A stretch of 64,000 nucleotides of DNA from the NCBI GenBank assembly GCA_964057225.1, contig OZ059896.1:22134001-22198000 (forward strand), in the 5' to 3' direction. This document shows positions 27,220 through 42,400 of this stretch, piece by piece. The number at the start of each line of letters is the position of its first letter. Position 1 is the stretch's first letter. The notes beneath the pieces were generated by a model. It saw only the letters and a program-made list of their open reading frames with translations. It searched no databases and was not told where the DNA came from. Source of the DNA: Auanema rhodensis (Eukaryota; Animalia; Nematoda). Both the position numbers and the translations under genes were made by a program.

Positions 27220-30200
27220 ATAAGTTCACACTTATATCCTCGATTTTCACCCTGAAGAATTAATTTTTTCGTTGAATAACATTGTCTATCGTCTTTGCCT
27301 TGAAAAAAGGAATCTAAAAACATCTACTTTTTGCTAAATTATTTTGAAATTTTTCGAAAAAATTTTTGTCAAAATGTTTTTGAAAGCAATGTTGAGTGTA
27401 CATGGAAACTCAACATACACTAATGCATCATTTTTCAAACGATCATAACTAATTTTTGTATCAAGCGTTTCTCAATGTAGTATAGTGCATTCGATGTGGA
27501 TTTTTAAGCTGCGTCGATCTGTGTTATCAGATTTGCGCTAGCTTAAAAATGCACCGAGATATCAACTGATATAAGTTCACACATATATCCTCGATTTTCA
27601 CCCTGAAGAATTAATTTTTTCGTTGAATAACATTGTCCATCGTCTTTGCCTTGAAAAAAGGAATCTAAAAACATCTACTTTTTGCTAAATTATTTTGAAA
27701 TTTTTCGAAAAAATTTTTGTCAAAATGTTTTTGGAAGCAATGTTCAGTGTACATGGAAACTCAACATACACTAATGCATCATTTTTCAAACGATCATAAC
27801 TAATTTTTGTATCAAGCGTTTCTCAATGTAGTATAGTGCATTCGATGTGGATTTTTAAGCTGCGTCGATCTGTGTTATCAGATTTGCGCTAGCTTAAAAA
27901 TGCACCGAGATATCAACTGATATAAGTTCACACTTATATCCTCGATTTTCACCCTGAAGAATTAATTTTTTCGTTGAATAACATTGTCTATCGTCTTTGC
28001 CTTGAAAAATGGAATCTAAAAACATCTACTTTTTGCTAAATTATTTTGAAATTTTTCGAAAAAATTTTTGTCAAAATGTTTTTGGAAGCAATGTTGAGTG
28101 TACATGGAAACTCAACATACACTAATGCATCATTTTTCAAACGATCATAACTAATTTTTGTATCAAGCGTTTCTCAATGTAGTATAGTGCATTCGATGCG
28201 GATTTTAAGCTGCGCCGATCTGTGTTATCAGATTTGCGCTAGCTTAAAAATGCACCGAGATATCAACTGATATAAGTTCACACTTATATCCTCGATTTTC
28301 ACCCTGAAGAATTAATTTTTTCGTTGAATAACATTGTCTATCGTCTTTGCCTTGAAAAATGGAATCTAAAAACATCTACTTTTTGCTAAATTATTTTGAA
28401 ATTTTTCGAAAAAATTTTTGTCAAAATGTTTTTGGAAGCAATGTTGAGTGTACATGGAAACTCAACATACACTAATGCATCATTTTTCAAACGATCATAA
28501 CTAATTTTTGTATCAAGCGTTTCTCAATGTAGTATAGTGCATTCGATGCGGATTTTAAGCTGCGCCGATCTGTGTTATCAGATTTGCGCTAGCTTAAAAA
28601 TGCACCGAGATATCAACTGATATAAGTTCACACTTATATCCTCGATTTTCACCCTGAAGAATTAATTTTTTCGTTGAATAACATTGTCCATCGTCTTTGC
28701 CTTGAAAAAAGGAATCTAAAAACATCTACTTTTTGCTAAATTATTTTGAAATTTTTCGAAAAAATTTTTGTCAAAATGTTTTTGGAAGCAATGTTCAGTG
28801 TACATGGAAACTCAACATACACTAATGCATCATTTTTCAAACGATCATAACTAATTTTTGTATCAAGCGTTTCTCAATGTAGTATAGTGCATTCGATGTG
28901 GATTTTTAAGCTGCGTCGATCTGTGTTATCAGATTTGCGCTAGCTTAAAAATGCACCGAGATATCAACTGATATAAGTTCACACTTATATCCTCGATTTT
29001 CACCCTGAAGAATTAATTTTTTCGTTGAATAACATTGTCTATCGTCTTTGCCTTAAAAAATGGAATCTAAAAACATCTACTTTTTGCTAAATTATTTTGA
29101 AATTTTTCGAAAAAATTTTTGTCAAAATGTTTTTGGAAGCAATGTTGAGTGTACATGGAAACTCAACATACACTAATGCATCATTTTTCAAACGATCATA
29201 ACTAATTTTTGTATTAAGCGTTTCTCAATGTAGTATAGTGCATTCGATGCGGATTTTTAAGCTGCGTCGATCTGTGTTATCAGATTTGCGCTAGCTTAAA
29301 AATGCACCGAGATATCAACTGATGTAAGTTCACACTTATATCCTCGATTTTCACCCTGAAGAATTAATTTTTTCGTTGAATAACATTGTCCATCGTCTTT
29401 GCCTTAAAAAAAGGAATCTAAAAACATCTACTTTTTGCTAAATTATTTTGAAATTTTTCGAAAAAATTTTTGTCAAAATGTTTTTGGAAGCAATGTTGAG
29501 TGTACATGGAAACTCAACATACACTAATGCATCATTTTTCAAACGATCATAACTAATTTTTGTATTAAGCGTTTCTCAATGTAGTATAGTGCATTCGATG
29601 CGGATTTTTAAGCTGCGTCGATCTGTGTTATCAGATTTGCGCTAGCTTAAAAATGCACCGAGATATCAACTGATGTAAGTTCACACTTATATCCTCGATT
29701 TTCACCCTGAAGAATTAATTTTTTCGTTGAATAACATTGTCTATCGTCTTTGCCTTGAAAAATGGAATCTAAAAACATCTACTTTTTGCTAAATTATTTT
29801 GAAATTTTTCGAAAAAATTTTTGTCAAAATGTTTTTGGAAGCAATGTTGAGTGTACATGGAAACTCAACATACACTAATGCATCATTTTTCAAACGATCA
29901 TAACTAATTTTTGTATTAAGCGTTTCTCAATGTAGTATAGTGCATTCGATGCGGATTTTTAAGCTGCGTCGATCTGTGTTATCAGATTTGCGCTAGCTTA
30001 AAAATGCACCGAGATATCAACTGATGTAAGTTCACACTTATATCCTCGATTTTCACCCTGAAGAATTAATTTTTTCGTTGAATAACATTGTCTATCGTCT
30101 TTGCCTTGAAAAATGGAATCTAAAAACATCTACTTTTTGCTAAATTATTTTGAAATTTTTCGAAAAAAGTTTTGTCAAAATGTTTTTGGAAGCAATGTTG

Positions 30201-33200
30201 AGTGTACATGGAAACTCAACATACACTAATGCATCATTTTTCAAACGATCATAACTAATTTTTGTATCAAGCGTTTCTCAATGTAGTATAGTGCATTCGA
30301 TGCGGATTTTAAGCTGCGCCGATCTGTGTTATCAGATTTGCGCTAGCTTAAAAATGCACCGAGATATCAACTGATATAAGTTCACACTTATATCCTCGAT
30401 TTTCACCCTGAAGAATCAATTTTTTCGTTGAATAACATTGTCCATCGTCTTTGCCTTGAAAAAAGGAATCTAAAAACATCTACTTTTTGCTAAATTATTT
30501 TGAAATTTTTCGAAAAAATTTTTGTCAAAATGTTTTTGGAAGCAATGTTGAGTGTACATGGAAACTCAACATACACTAATGCATCATTTTTCAAACGATC
30601 ATAACTAATTTTTGTATCAAGCGATTTTCAATGTAGTATAGTGCATTCGATGCGGATTTTAAGCTGCGCCGATCTGTGTTATCAGATTTGCGCTAGCTTA
30701 AAAATGCACCGAGATATCAACTGATATAAGTTCACACTTATATCCTCGATTTTCACCCTGAAGAATTAATTTTTTCGTTGAATAACATTGTCCATCGTCT
30801 TTGCCTTGAAAAAAGGAATCTAAAAACATCTACTTTTTGCTAAATTATTTTGAAATTTTTCGAAAAAATTTTTGTCAAAATGTTTTTGGAAGCAATGTTG
30901 AGTGTACATGGAAACTCAACATACACTAATGCATCATTTTTCAAACGATCATAACTAATTTTTGTATCAAGCGTTTCTCAATGTAGTATAGTGCATTCGA
31001 TGTGGATTTTTAAGCTGCGTCGATCTGTGTTATCAGATTTGCGCTAGCTTAAAAATGCACCGAGATATCAACTGATATAAGTTCACACTTATATCCTTGA
31101 TTTTCACCCTGAAGAATTAATTTTTTCGTAGAATAACATTGTCTATCGTCTTTGCCTTGAAAAATGGAATCTAAAAACATCTACTGTTTGCTAAATTATT
31201 TTGAAATTTTTCGAAAAAAATTTTGTCAAAATGTTTTTGGAAGCAATGTTGAGTGTACATGGAAACTCAACATACACTAATGCATCATTTTTCAAACGAT
31301 CATAACTAATTTTTGTATCAAGCGTTTCTTGATGTAGTATAGTGCATTCGATGCAGATTTTTAAGCTGCGTCGATCTGTGTTATCAGATTTGCGCTAGCT
31401 TAAAAATGCACCGAGATATCAACTGATATAAGTTCACACTTATATCCTCGATTTTCACCCTGAAGAATTAATTTTTTCGTTGAATAACATTGTCCATCGT
31501 CTTTGCCTTAAAAAAAGGAATCTAAAAACATCTACTTTTTGCTAAATTATTTTGAAATTTTTCGAAAAAATTTTTGTCAAAATGTTTTTGGAAGCAATGT
31601 TGAGTGTACATGGAAACTCAACATACACTAATGCATCATTTTTCAAACGATCATAACTAATTTTTGTATTAAGCGTTTCTCAATGTAGTATAGTGCATTC
31701 GATGCGGATTTTTAAGCTGCGTCGATCTGTGTTATCAGATTTGCGCTAGCTTAAAAATGCACCGAGATATCAACTGATGTAAGTTCACACTTATATCCTC
31801 GATTTGCACCCTGAAGAATTAATTTTTTCGTTGAATAACATTGTCTTTCGTCTTTGCCTTGAAAAATGGAATCTAAAAACATCTACTTTTTGCTAAATTA
31901 TTTTGAAATTTTTCGAAAAAATTTTTGTCAAAATGTTTTTGGAAGCAATGTTGAGTGTACATGGAAACTCAACATACACTAATGCATCATTTTTCAAACG
32001 ATCATAACTAATTTTTGTATCAAACGTTTCTCAATGTAGTATAGTGCATTCGATGCGGATTTTTAAGCTGCGTCGATCTGTGTTATCAGATTTGCGCTAG
32101 CTTAAAAATGCACCGAGATATCAACTGATGTAAGTTCACACTTATATCCTCGATTTTCACCCTGAAGAATTAATTTTTTCGTTGAATAACATTGTCCATC
32201 GTCTTTGCCTTGAAAAAAGGAATCTAAAAACTTCTACTTTTTGCTAAATTATTTTGAAATTTTTCGAAAAAATTTTTGTCAAAATGTTTTTGGAAGCAAT
32301 GTTGAGTGTACATGGAAACTCAACATACACTAATGCATCATTTTTCAAACGATCATAACTAATTTTTGTATCAAACGTTTCTCAATGTAGTATAGTGCAT
32401 TCGATGCGGATTTTTAAGCTGCGTCGATCTGTGTTATCAGATTTGCGCTAGCTTAAAAATGCACCGAGATATCAACTGATATAAGTTCACACTTATATCC
32501 TCGATTTTCACCCTGAAGAATTAATTTTTTCGTTGAATAACATTGTCTATCGTCTTTGCCTTGAAAAATGGAATCTAAAAACATCTACTTTTTGCTAAAT
32601 TATTTTGAAATTTTTCGAAAAAATTTTTGTCAAAATGTTTTTGGAAGCAATGTTGAGTGTACATGGAAACTCAACATACACTAATGCATCATTTTTCAAA
32701 CGATCATAACTAATTTTTGTATCAAACGTTTCTCAATGTAGTATAGTGCATTCGATGCGGATTTTTAAGCTGCGTCGATCTGTGTTATCAGATTTGCGCT
32801 AGCTTAAAAATGCACCGAGATATCAACTGATATAAGTTCACACTTATATCCTCGATTTTCACCCTGAAGAATTAATTTTTTCGTTGAATAACATTGTCTA
32901 TCGTCTTTGCCTTGAAAAATGGAATCTAAAAACATCTACTTTTTGCTAAATTATTTTGAAATTTTTCGAAAAAATTTTTGTCAAAATGTTTTTGGAAGCA
33001 ATGTTGAGTGTACATGGAAACTCAACATACACTAATGCATCATTTTTCAAACGATCATAACTAATTTTTGTATCAAGCGTTTCTTGATGTAGTATAGTGC
33101 ATTCGATGCAGATTTTTAAACTGCGTCGATCTGTGTTATCAGATTTGCGCTAGCTTAAAAATGCACCGAGATATCAACTGATATAAGTTCACACTTATAT

Positions 33201-33335
33201 CCTCGATTTTCACCCTGAAGAATTAATTTTTTCGTTGAATAACATTGTCCATCGTCTTTGCCTTAAAAAAAGAAATCTAAAAACATCTACTTTTTGCTAA
33301 ATTATTTTGAAATTTTTCGAAAAAATTTTTGTCAA
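23867..33335. repeat. Haplotype domain B (M69-M95)
   Basis: Marked by p90C, p266T+p287T, p125T, p101T+p102G, and the 350-bp monomers with a T deletion plus p142C. Confidence 0.8.
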
Positions 33336-36300
33336 AATGTTTTTGGAAGCAATGTTGAGTGTACATGGAAACTCAACATACACTAATGCATCATTTTTCA
33401 AACGATCATAACTAATTTTTGTATCAAGCGTTTCTCAATGTAGTATAGTGCATTCGATGCGAATTTTTAAGCTGCGTCGATCTGTGTTATCAGATTTGCG
33501 CTAGCTTAAAAATGCACCGAGATATCAACTGATATAAGTTTACACTTATATCCTCGATTTTCACCCTGAAGAATTAATTTTTTCGTTAAATAACATTGTC
33601 CATCGTCTTTGCCTTGAAAAATGGAATCTAAAAACATCTACTTTTTGCTAAATTATTTTGAAATTTTTCGAAAAAATTTTTGTCAAAATGTTTTTGGAAG
33701 CAATGTTGAGTGTACATGGAAACTCAACATACACTAATGCATCATTTTTCAAACGATCATAACTAATTTTTGTATCAAGCGTTTCTCAATGTAGTATAGT
33801 GCATTCGATGCGAATTTTTAAGCTGCGTCGATCTGTGTTATCAGATTTGCGCTAGCTTAAAAATGCACCGAGATATCAACTGATATAAGTTCACACTTAT
33901 ATCCTCGATTTTCACCCTGAAGAATTAATTTTTTCGTTGAATAACATTGTCCATCGTCTTTGCCTTAAAAACAGGAATCTAAAAACATCTACTTTTTGCT
34001 AAATTATTTTGAAATTTTTCGAAAAAATTTTTGTCAAAATGTTTTTGGAAGCAATGTTGAGTGTACATGGAAACTCAACATACACTAATGCATCATTTTT
34101 CAAACGATCATAACTAATTTTTGTATCAAACGTTTCTCAATGTAGTATAGTGCATTCGATGCGGATTTTTAAGCTGCGTCGATCTGTGTTATCAGATTTG
34201 CGCTAGCTTAAAAATGCACCGAGATATCAACTGATGTAAGTTCACACTTATATCCTCGATTTTCACCCTGAAGAATTAATTTTTTCGTTGAATAACATTG
34301 TCCATCGTCTTTGCCTTGAAAAAAGGAATCTAAAAACATCTACTTTTTGCTAAATTATTTTGAAATTTTTCGAAAAAATTTTTGTCAAAATGTTTTTGGA
34401 AGCAATGTTGAGTGTACATGGAAACTCAACATACACTAATGCATCATTTTTCAAACGATCATAACTAATTTTTGTTTCAAACGTTTCTCAATGTAGTATA
34501 GTGCATTCGATGCGGATTTTTGAGCTGCGTCGATCTGTGTTATCAGATTTGCGCTAGCTTAAAAATGCACCGAGATATCAACTGATATAAGTTCACACTT
34601 ATATCCTCGATTTTCACCCTGAAGAATTAATTTTTTCGTTGAATAACATTGTCCATCGTCTTTGCCTTGAAAAAAGGAATCTAAAAACATCTACTTTTTG
34701 CTGAATTATTTTGAAATTTTTCGAAAAAATTTTTGTCAAAATGTTTTTGGAAGCAATGTTGAGTGTACATGGAAACTCAACATACACTAATGCATCATTT
34801 TTCAAACGATCATAACTAATTTTTGTATTAAGCGTTTCTCAATGTAGTATAGTGCATTCGATGCGGATTTTTAAGCTGCGTCGATCTGTGTTATCAGATT
34901 TGCGCTAGCTTAAAAATGCACCGAGATATCAACTGATGTAAGTTCACACTTATATCCTCGATTTTCACCCTGAAGAATTAATTTTTTCGTTGAATAACAT
35001 TGTCCATCGTCTTTGCCTAGAAAAAAGGAATTTAAAAACATCTACTTTTTGCTAAATTATTTTGAAATTTTTCGAAAAAATTTTTGTCAAAATGTTTTTG
35101 GAAGCAATGTTGAGTGTACATGGAAACTCAACATACACTAATGCATCATTTTTCAAACGATCATAACTAATTTTTGTATCAAGCGTTTCTCAATGTAGTA
35201 TAGTGCATTCGATGCGGATTTTTAAGCTGCGTCGATCTGTGTTATCAGATTTGCGCTAGCTTAAAAATGCACCGAGATATCAACTGATATAAGTTTACAC
35301 TTATATCCTCGATTTTCACCCTGAAGAATTAATTTTTTCGTTAAATAACATTGTCCATCGTCTTTGCCTTGAAAAATGGAATCTAAAAACATCTACTTTT
35401 TGCTAAATTATTTTGAAATTTTTCGAAAAAATTTTTGTCAAAATGTTTTTGGAAGCAATGTTGAGTGTACATGGAAACTCAACACACACTAATGCATCAT
35501 TTTTCAAACGATCATAACTAATTTGTGTATTAAGCGTTTCTCAATGTAGTACAGTGCATTCGATGCGGATTTTTAAGCTGCGTCGATCTGTGTTATCAGA
35601 TTTGCGCTAGCTTAAAAATGCACCGAGATATCAACTGATATAAGTTCACATTTATATCCTCGATTTTCACCCTGAAGAATTAATTTTTTCGTTGAATAAC
35701 ATTGTCCATCGTCTTTGCCTTAAGAAAAGGAATCTAAAAACATATACTTTTTGCTAAATTATTTTGAAATTTTTCGAAAAAATTTTTGTCAAAATGTTTT
35801 TGGAAGCAATGTTGAGTGTACATGGAAACTCAACATACACTAATGCATCATTTTTCAAACGATCATAACTAATTTTTGTATCAAACGTTTCTCAATGTAG
35901 TATAGTGCATTCGATGCGGATTTTTAAGCTGCGTCGATCTGTGTTATCAGATTTGCGCTAGCTTAAAAATGCACCGAGATATCAACTGATATAAGTTCAC
36001 ACTTATATCCTCGATTTTCACCCTGAAGAATTAATTTTTTCGTTGAATAACATTGTCCATCGTCTTTGCCTTGAAAAAAGGAATCTAAAAACATCTACTT
36101 TTTCCTAAATTATTTTGAAATTTTTCGAAAAAATTTTTGTCAAAATGTTTTTGGAAGCAATGTTGAGTGTATATGGAAACTCAACATACACTAATGCATC
36201 ATTTTTCAAACGATCATAACTAAATTTTGTATCAAGCGTTTCTCAATGTAGTATAGTGCATTCGATGCGGATTTTTAAGCTGCGTCGATCTGTGTTATCA

Positions 36301-39300
36301 GATTTGCGCTAGCTTAAAAATGCACCGAGATATCAACTGATATAAGTTCACACTTATATCCTCGATTTTCACCCTGAAGAATTGATTTTTTCGTTGAATA
36401 ACATTGTCCATCGTCTTTGCCTTGAAAAAAGGAATCTAAAAACATCTACTTTTTCCTAAATTATTTTGAAATTTTTCGAAAAAATTTTTGTCAAAATGTT
36501 TTTGGAAGCAATGTTGAGTGTACATGGAAACTCAACATACACTAATGCATCATTTTTCAAACGATCATAACTAATTTTTGTATTAAGCGTTTCTTAATGT
36601 AGTATAGTGCATTCGATGCGGATTTTTAAGCTGCGTCGATCTGTGTTATCAGATTTGCGCTAGCTTAAAAATGCACCGAGATATCAACTGATGTAAGTTC
36701 ACACTTATATCCTCGATTTTCACCCTGAAGAATTAATTTTTTCGTTGAATAACATTGTCCATCGTCTTTGCCTAGAAAAAAGAAATCTAAAAACATCTAC
36801 TTTTTGCTAAATTATTTTGAAATTTTTCGAAAAAATTTTTGTCAAAATGTTTTTGGAAGCAATGTTGAGTGTACATGGAAACTCAACATACACTAATGCA
36901 TCATTTTTCAAACGATCATAACTAATTTTTGTATCAAGCGTTTCTCAATGTAGTATAGTGCATTCGATGCGGATTTTTAAACTGCGTCGATCTGTGTTAT
37001 CAGATTTGCGCTAGCTTAAAAATGCACCGAGATATCAACTGATATAAGTTTACACTTATATCCTCGATTTTCACCCTGAAGAATTAATTTTTTCGTTAAA
37101 TAACATTGTCCATCGTCTTTGCCTTGAAAAATGGAATCTAAAAACATCTACTTTTTGCTAAATTATTTTGAAATTTTTCGAAAAAATTTTTGTCAAAATG
37201 TTTTTGGAAGCAATGTTGAGTGTACATGGAAACTCAACATACACTAATGCATCATTTTTCAAACGATCATAACTAATTTTTGTATCAAGCGTTTCTCAAT
37301 GTAGTATAGTGCATTCGATGAGAATTTTTAAGCTGCGTCGATCTGTGTTATCAGATTTGCGCTAGCTTAAAAATGCACCGAGATATCAACTGATATAAGT
37401 TCACACTTATATCCTCGATTTTCACCCTGAAGAATTAATTTTTTCGTTGAATAACATTGTCCATCGTCTTTGCCTTAAAAACAGGAATCTAAAAACATCT
37501 ACTTTTTGCTAAATTATTTTGAAATTTTTCGAAAAAATTTTTGTCAAAATGTTTTTGGAAGCAATGTTGAGTGTACATGGAAACTCAACATACACTAATG
37601 CATCATTTTTCAAACGATCATAACTAATTTTTGTATCAAACGTTTCTCAATGTAGTATAGTGCATTCGATGCGGATTTTTAAGCTGCGTCGATCTGTGTT
37701 ATCAGATTTGCGCTAGCTTAAAAATGCACCGAGATATCAACTGATGTAAGTTCACACTTATATCCTCGATTTTCACCCTGAAGAATTAATTTTTTCGTTG
37801 AATAACATTGTCCATCGTCTTTGCCTTGAAAAAAGGAATCTAAAAACATCTACTTTTTGCTAAATTATTTTGAAATTTTTCGAAAAAATTTTTGTCAAAA
37901 TGTTTTTGGAAGCAATGTTGAGTGTACATGGAAACTCAACATACACTAATGCATCATTTTTCAAACGATCATAACTAATTTTTGTATCAAACGTTTCTCA
38001 ATGTAGTATAGTGCATTCGATGCGGATTTTTGAGCTGCGTCGATCTGTGTTATCAGATTTGCGCTAGCTTAAAAATGCACCGAGATATCAACTGATATAA
38101 GTTCACACTTATATCCTCGATTTTCACCCTGAAGAATTAATTTTTTCGTTGAATAATATTGTCCATCGTCTTTGCCTTGAAAAAAGGAATCTAAAAACAT
38201 CTACTTTTTCCTAAATTATTTTGAAATTTTTCGAAAAAATTTTTGTCAAAATGTTTTTGGAAGCAATGTTGAGTGTACATGGAAACTCAACATACACTAA
38301 TGCATCATTTTTCAAACGATCATAACTAATTTTTGTATTAAGCGTTTCTCAATGTAGTATAGTGCATTCGATGCGGATTTTTAAGCTGCGTCGATCTGTG
38401 TTATCAGATTTGCGCTAGCTTAAAAATGCACCGAGATATCAACTGATATAAGTTCACACTTATATCCTCGATTTTCACCCTGAAGAATTGATTTTTTCGT
38501 TGAATAACATTGTCCATCGTCTTTGCCTTGAAAAAAGGAATCTAAAAACATCTACTTTTTCCTAAATTATTTTGAAATTTTTCGAAAAAATTTTTGTCAA
38601 AATGTTTTTGGAAGCAATGTTGAGTGTACATGGAAACTCAACATACACTAATGCATCATTTTTCAAACGATCATAACTAATTTTTGTATTAAGCGTTTCT
38701 CAATGTAGTATAGTGCATTCGATGCGGATTTTTAAGCTGCGTCGATCTGTGTTATCAGATTTGCGCTAGCTTAAAAATGCACCGAGATATCAACTGATGT
38801 AAGTTCACACTTATATCCTCGATTTTCACCCTGAAGAATTAATTTTTTCGTTGAATAACATTGTCCATCGTCTTTGCCTAGAAAAAAGGAATCTAAAAAC
38901 ATCTACTTTTTGCTAAATTATTTTGAAATTTTTCGAAAAAATTTTTGTCAAAATGTTTTTGGAAGCAATGTTGAGTGTACATGGAAACTCAACATACACT
39001 AATGCATCATTTTTCAAACGATCATAACTAATTTTTGTATCAAGCGTTTCTCAATGTAGTATAGTGCATTCGATGCGGATTTTTAAGCTGCGTCGATCTG
39101 TGTTATCAGATTTGCGCTAGCTTAAAAATGCACCGAGATATCAACTGATATAAGTTTACACTTATATCCTCGATTTTCACCCTGAAGAATTAATTTTTTC
39201 GTTAAATAACATTGTCCATCGTCTTTGCCTTGAAAAATGGAATCTAAAAACATCTACTTTTTGCTAAATTATTTTGAAATTTTTCGAAAAAATTTTTGTC

Positions 39301-39436
39301 AAAATGTTTTTGGAAGCAATGTTGAGTGTACATGGAAACTCAACATACACTAATGCATCATTTTTCAAACGATCATAACTAATTTTTGTATCAAGCGTTT
39401 CTCAATGTAGTATAGTGCATTCGATGCGGATTTTTA

Positions 39437-42400
39437 AGCTGCGTCGATCTGTGTTATCAGATTTGCGCTAGCTTAAAAATGCACCGAGATATCAACTGAT
39501 ATAAGTTCACACTTATATCCTCGATTTTCACCCTGAAGAATTAATTTTTTCGTTGAATAATATTGTCCATCGTCTTTGCCTTGAAAAAAGGAATCTAAAA
39601 ACATCTACTTTTTCCTAAATTATTTTGAAATTTTTCGAAAAAATTTTTGTCAAAATGTTTTTGGAAGCAATGTTGAGTGTACATGGAAACTCAACATACA
39701 CTAATGCATCATTTTTCAAACGATCATAACTAATTTTTGTATTAAGCGTTTCTCAATGTAGTATAGTGCATTCGATGCGGATTTTTAAGCTGCGTCGATC
39801 TGTGTTATCAGATTTGCGCTAGCTTAAAAATGCACCGAGATATCAACTGATATAAGTTCACACTTATATCCTCGATTTTCACCCTGAAGAATTGATTTTT
39901 TCGTTGAATAACATTGTCCATCGTCTTTGCCTTGAAAAAAGGAATCTAAAAACATCTACTTTTTCCTAAATTATTTTGAAATTTTTCGAAAAAATTTTTG
40001 TCAAAATGTTTTTGGAAGCAATGTTGAGTGTACATGGAAACTCAACATACACTAATGCATCATTTTTCAAACGATCATAACTAATTTTTGTATTAAGCGT
40101 TTCTCAATGTAGTATAGTGCATTCGATGCGGATTTTTAAGCTGCGTCGATCTGTGTTATCAGATTTGCGCTAGCTTAAAAATGCACCGAGATATCAACTG
40201 ATGTAAGTTCACACTTATATCCTCGATTTTCACCCTGAAGAATTAATTTTTTCGTTGAATAACATTGTCCATCGTCTTTGCCTAGAAAAAAGGAATCTAA
40301 AAACATCTACTTTTTGCTAAATTATTTTGAAATTTTTCGAAAAAATTTTTGTCAAAATGTTTTTGGAAGCAATGTTGAGTGTACATGGAAACTCAACATA
40401 CACTAATGCATCATTTTTCAAACGATCATAACTAATTTTTGTATCAAGCGTTTCTCAATGTAGTATAGTGCATTCGATGCGGATTTTTAAGCTGCGTCGA
40501 TCTGTGTTATCAGATTTGCGCTAGCTTAAAAATGCACCGAGATATCAACTGATATAAGTTTACACTTATATCCTCGATTTTCACCCTGAAGAATTAATTT
40601 TTTCGTTAAATAACATTGTCCATCGTCTTTGCCTTGAAAAATGGAATCTAAAAACATCTACTTTTTGCTAAATTATTTTGAAATTTTTCGAAAAAATTTT
40701 TGTCAAAATGTTTTTGGAAGCAATGTTGAGTGTACATGGAAACTCAACATACACTAATGCATCATTTTTCAAACGATCATAACTAATTTTTGTATCAAGC
40801 GTTTCTCAATGTAGTATAGTGCATTCGATGCGAATTTTTAAGCTGCGTCGATCTGTGTTATCAGATTTGCGCTAGCTTAAAAATGCACCGAGATATCAAC
40901 TGATATAAGTTCACACTTATATCCTCGATTTTCACCCTGAAGAATTAATTTTTTCGTTGAATAACATTGTCCATCGTCTTTGCCTTAAAAACAGGAATCT
41001 AAAAACATCTACTTTTTGCTAAATTATTTTGAAATTTTTCGAAAAAATTTTTGTCAAAATGTTTTTGGAAGCAATGTTGAGTGTACATGGAAACTCAACA
41101 TACACTAATGCATCATTTTTCAAACGATCATAACTAATTTTTGTATTAAGCGTTTCTCAATGTAGTATAGTGCATTCGATGCGGATTTTTAAGCTGCGTC
41201 GATCTGTGTTATCAGATTTGCGCTAGCTTAAAAATGCACCGAGATATCAACTGATGTAAGTTCACACTTATATCCTCGATTTTCACCCTGAAGAATTAAT
41301 TTTTTCGTTGAATAACATTGTCCATCGTCTTTGCCTAGAAAAAAGGAATCTAAAAACATATACTTTTTGCTAAATTATTTTGAAATTTTTCGAAAAAATT
41401 TTTGTCAAAATGTTTTTGGAAGCAATGTTGAGTGTACATGGAAACTCAACATACACTAATGCATCATTTTTCAAACGATCATAACTAATTTTTGTATCAA
41501 GCGTTTCTCAATGTAGTATAGTGCATTCGATGCGAATTTTTAAGCTGCGTCGATCTGTGTTATCAGATTTGCGCTAGCTTAAAAATGCACCGAGATATCA
41601 ACTGATATAAGTTCACACTTATATCCTCGATTTTCACCCTGAAGAATTAATTTTTTCGTTGAATAACATTGTCCATCGTCTTTGCCTTGAAAAAAGGAAT
41701 CTAAAAACATCTACTTTTTGCTAAATTATTTTGAAATTTTTCGAAAAAATTTTTGTCAAAATGTTTTTGGAAGCAATGTTGAGTGTACATGGAAACTCAA
41801 CATACACTAATGCATCATTTTTCAAACGATCATAACTAATTTTTGTATCAAACGTTTCTCAATGTAGTATAGTGCATTCGATGCGGATTTTTGAGCTGCG
41901 TCGATCTGTGTTATCAGATTTGCGCTAGCTTAAAAATGCACCGAGATATCAACTGATATAAGTTCACACTTATATCCTCGATTTTCACCCTGAAGAATTA
42001 ATTTTTTCGTTGAATAATATTGTCCATCGTCTTTGCCTTGAAAAAAGGAATCTAAAAACATCTACTTTTTCCTAAATTATTTTGAAATTTTTCGAAAAAA
42101 TTTTTGTCAAAATGTTTTTGGAAGCAATGTTGAGTGTACATGGAAACTCAACATACACTAATGCATCATTTTTCAAACGATCATAACTAATTTTTGTATT
42201 AAGCGTTTCTCAATGTAGTATAGTGCATTCGATGCGGATTTTTAAGCTGCGTCGATCTGTGTTATCAGATTTGCGCTAGCTTAAAAATGCACCGAGATAT
42301 CAACTGATATAAGTTCACACTTATATCCTCGATTTTCACCCTGAAGAATTGATTTTTTCGTTGAATAACATTGTCCATCGTCTTTGCCTTGAAAAAAGGA

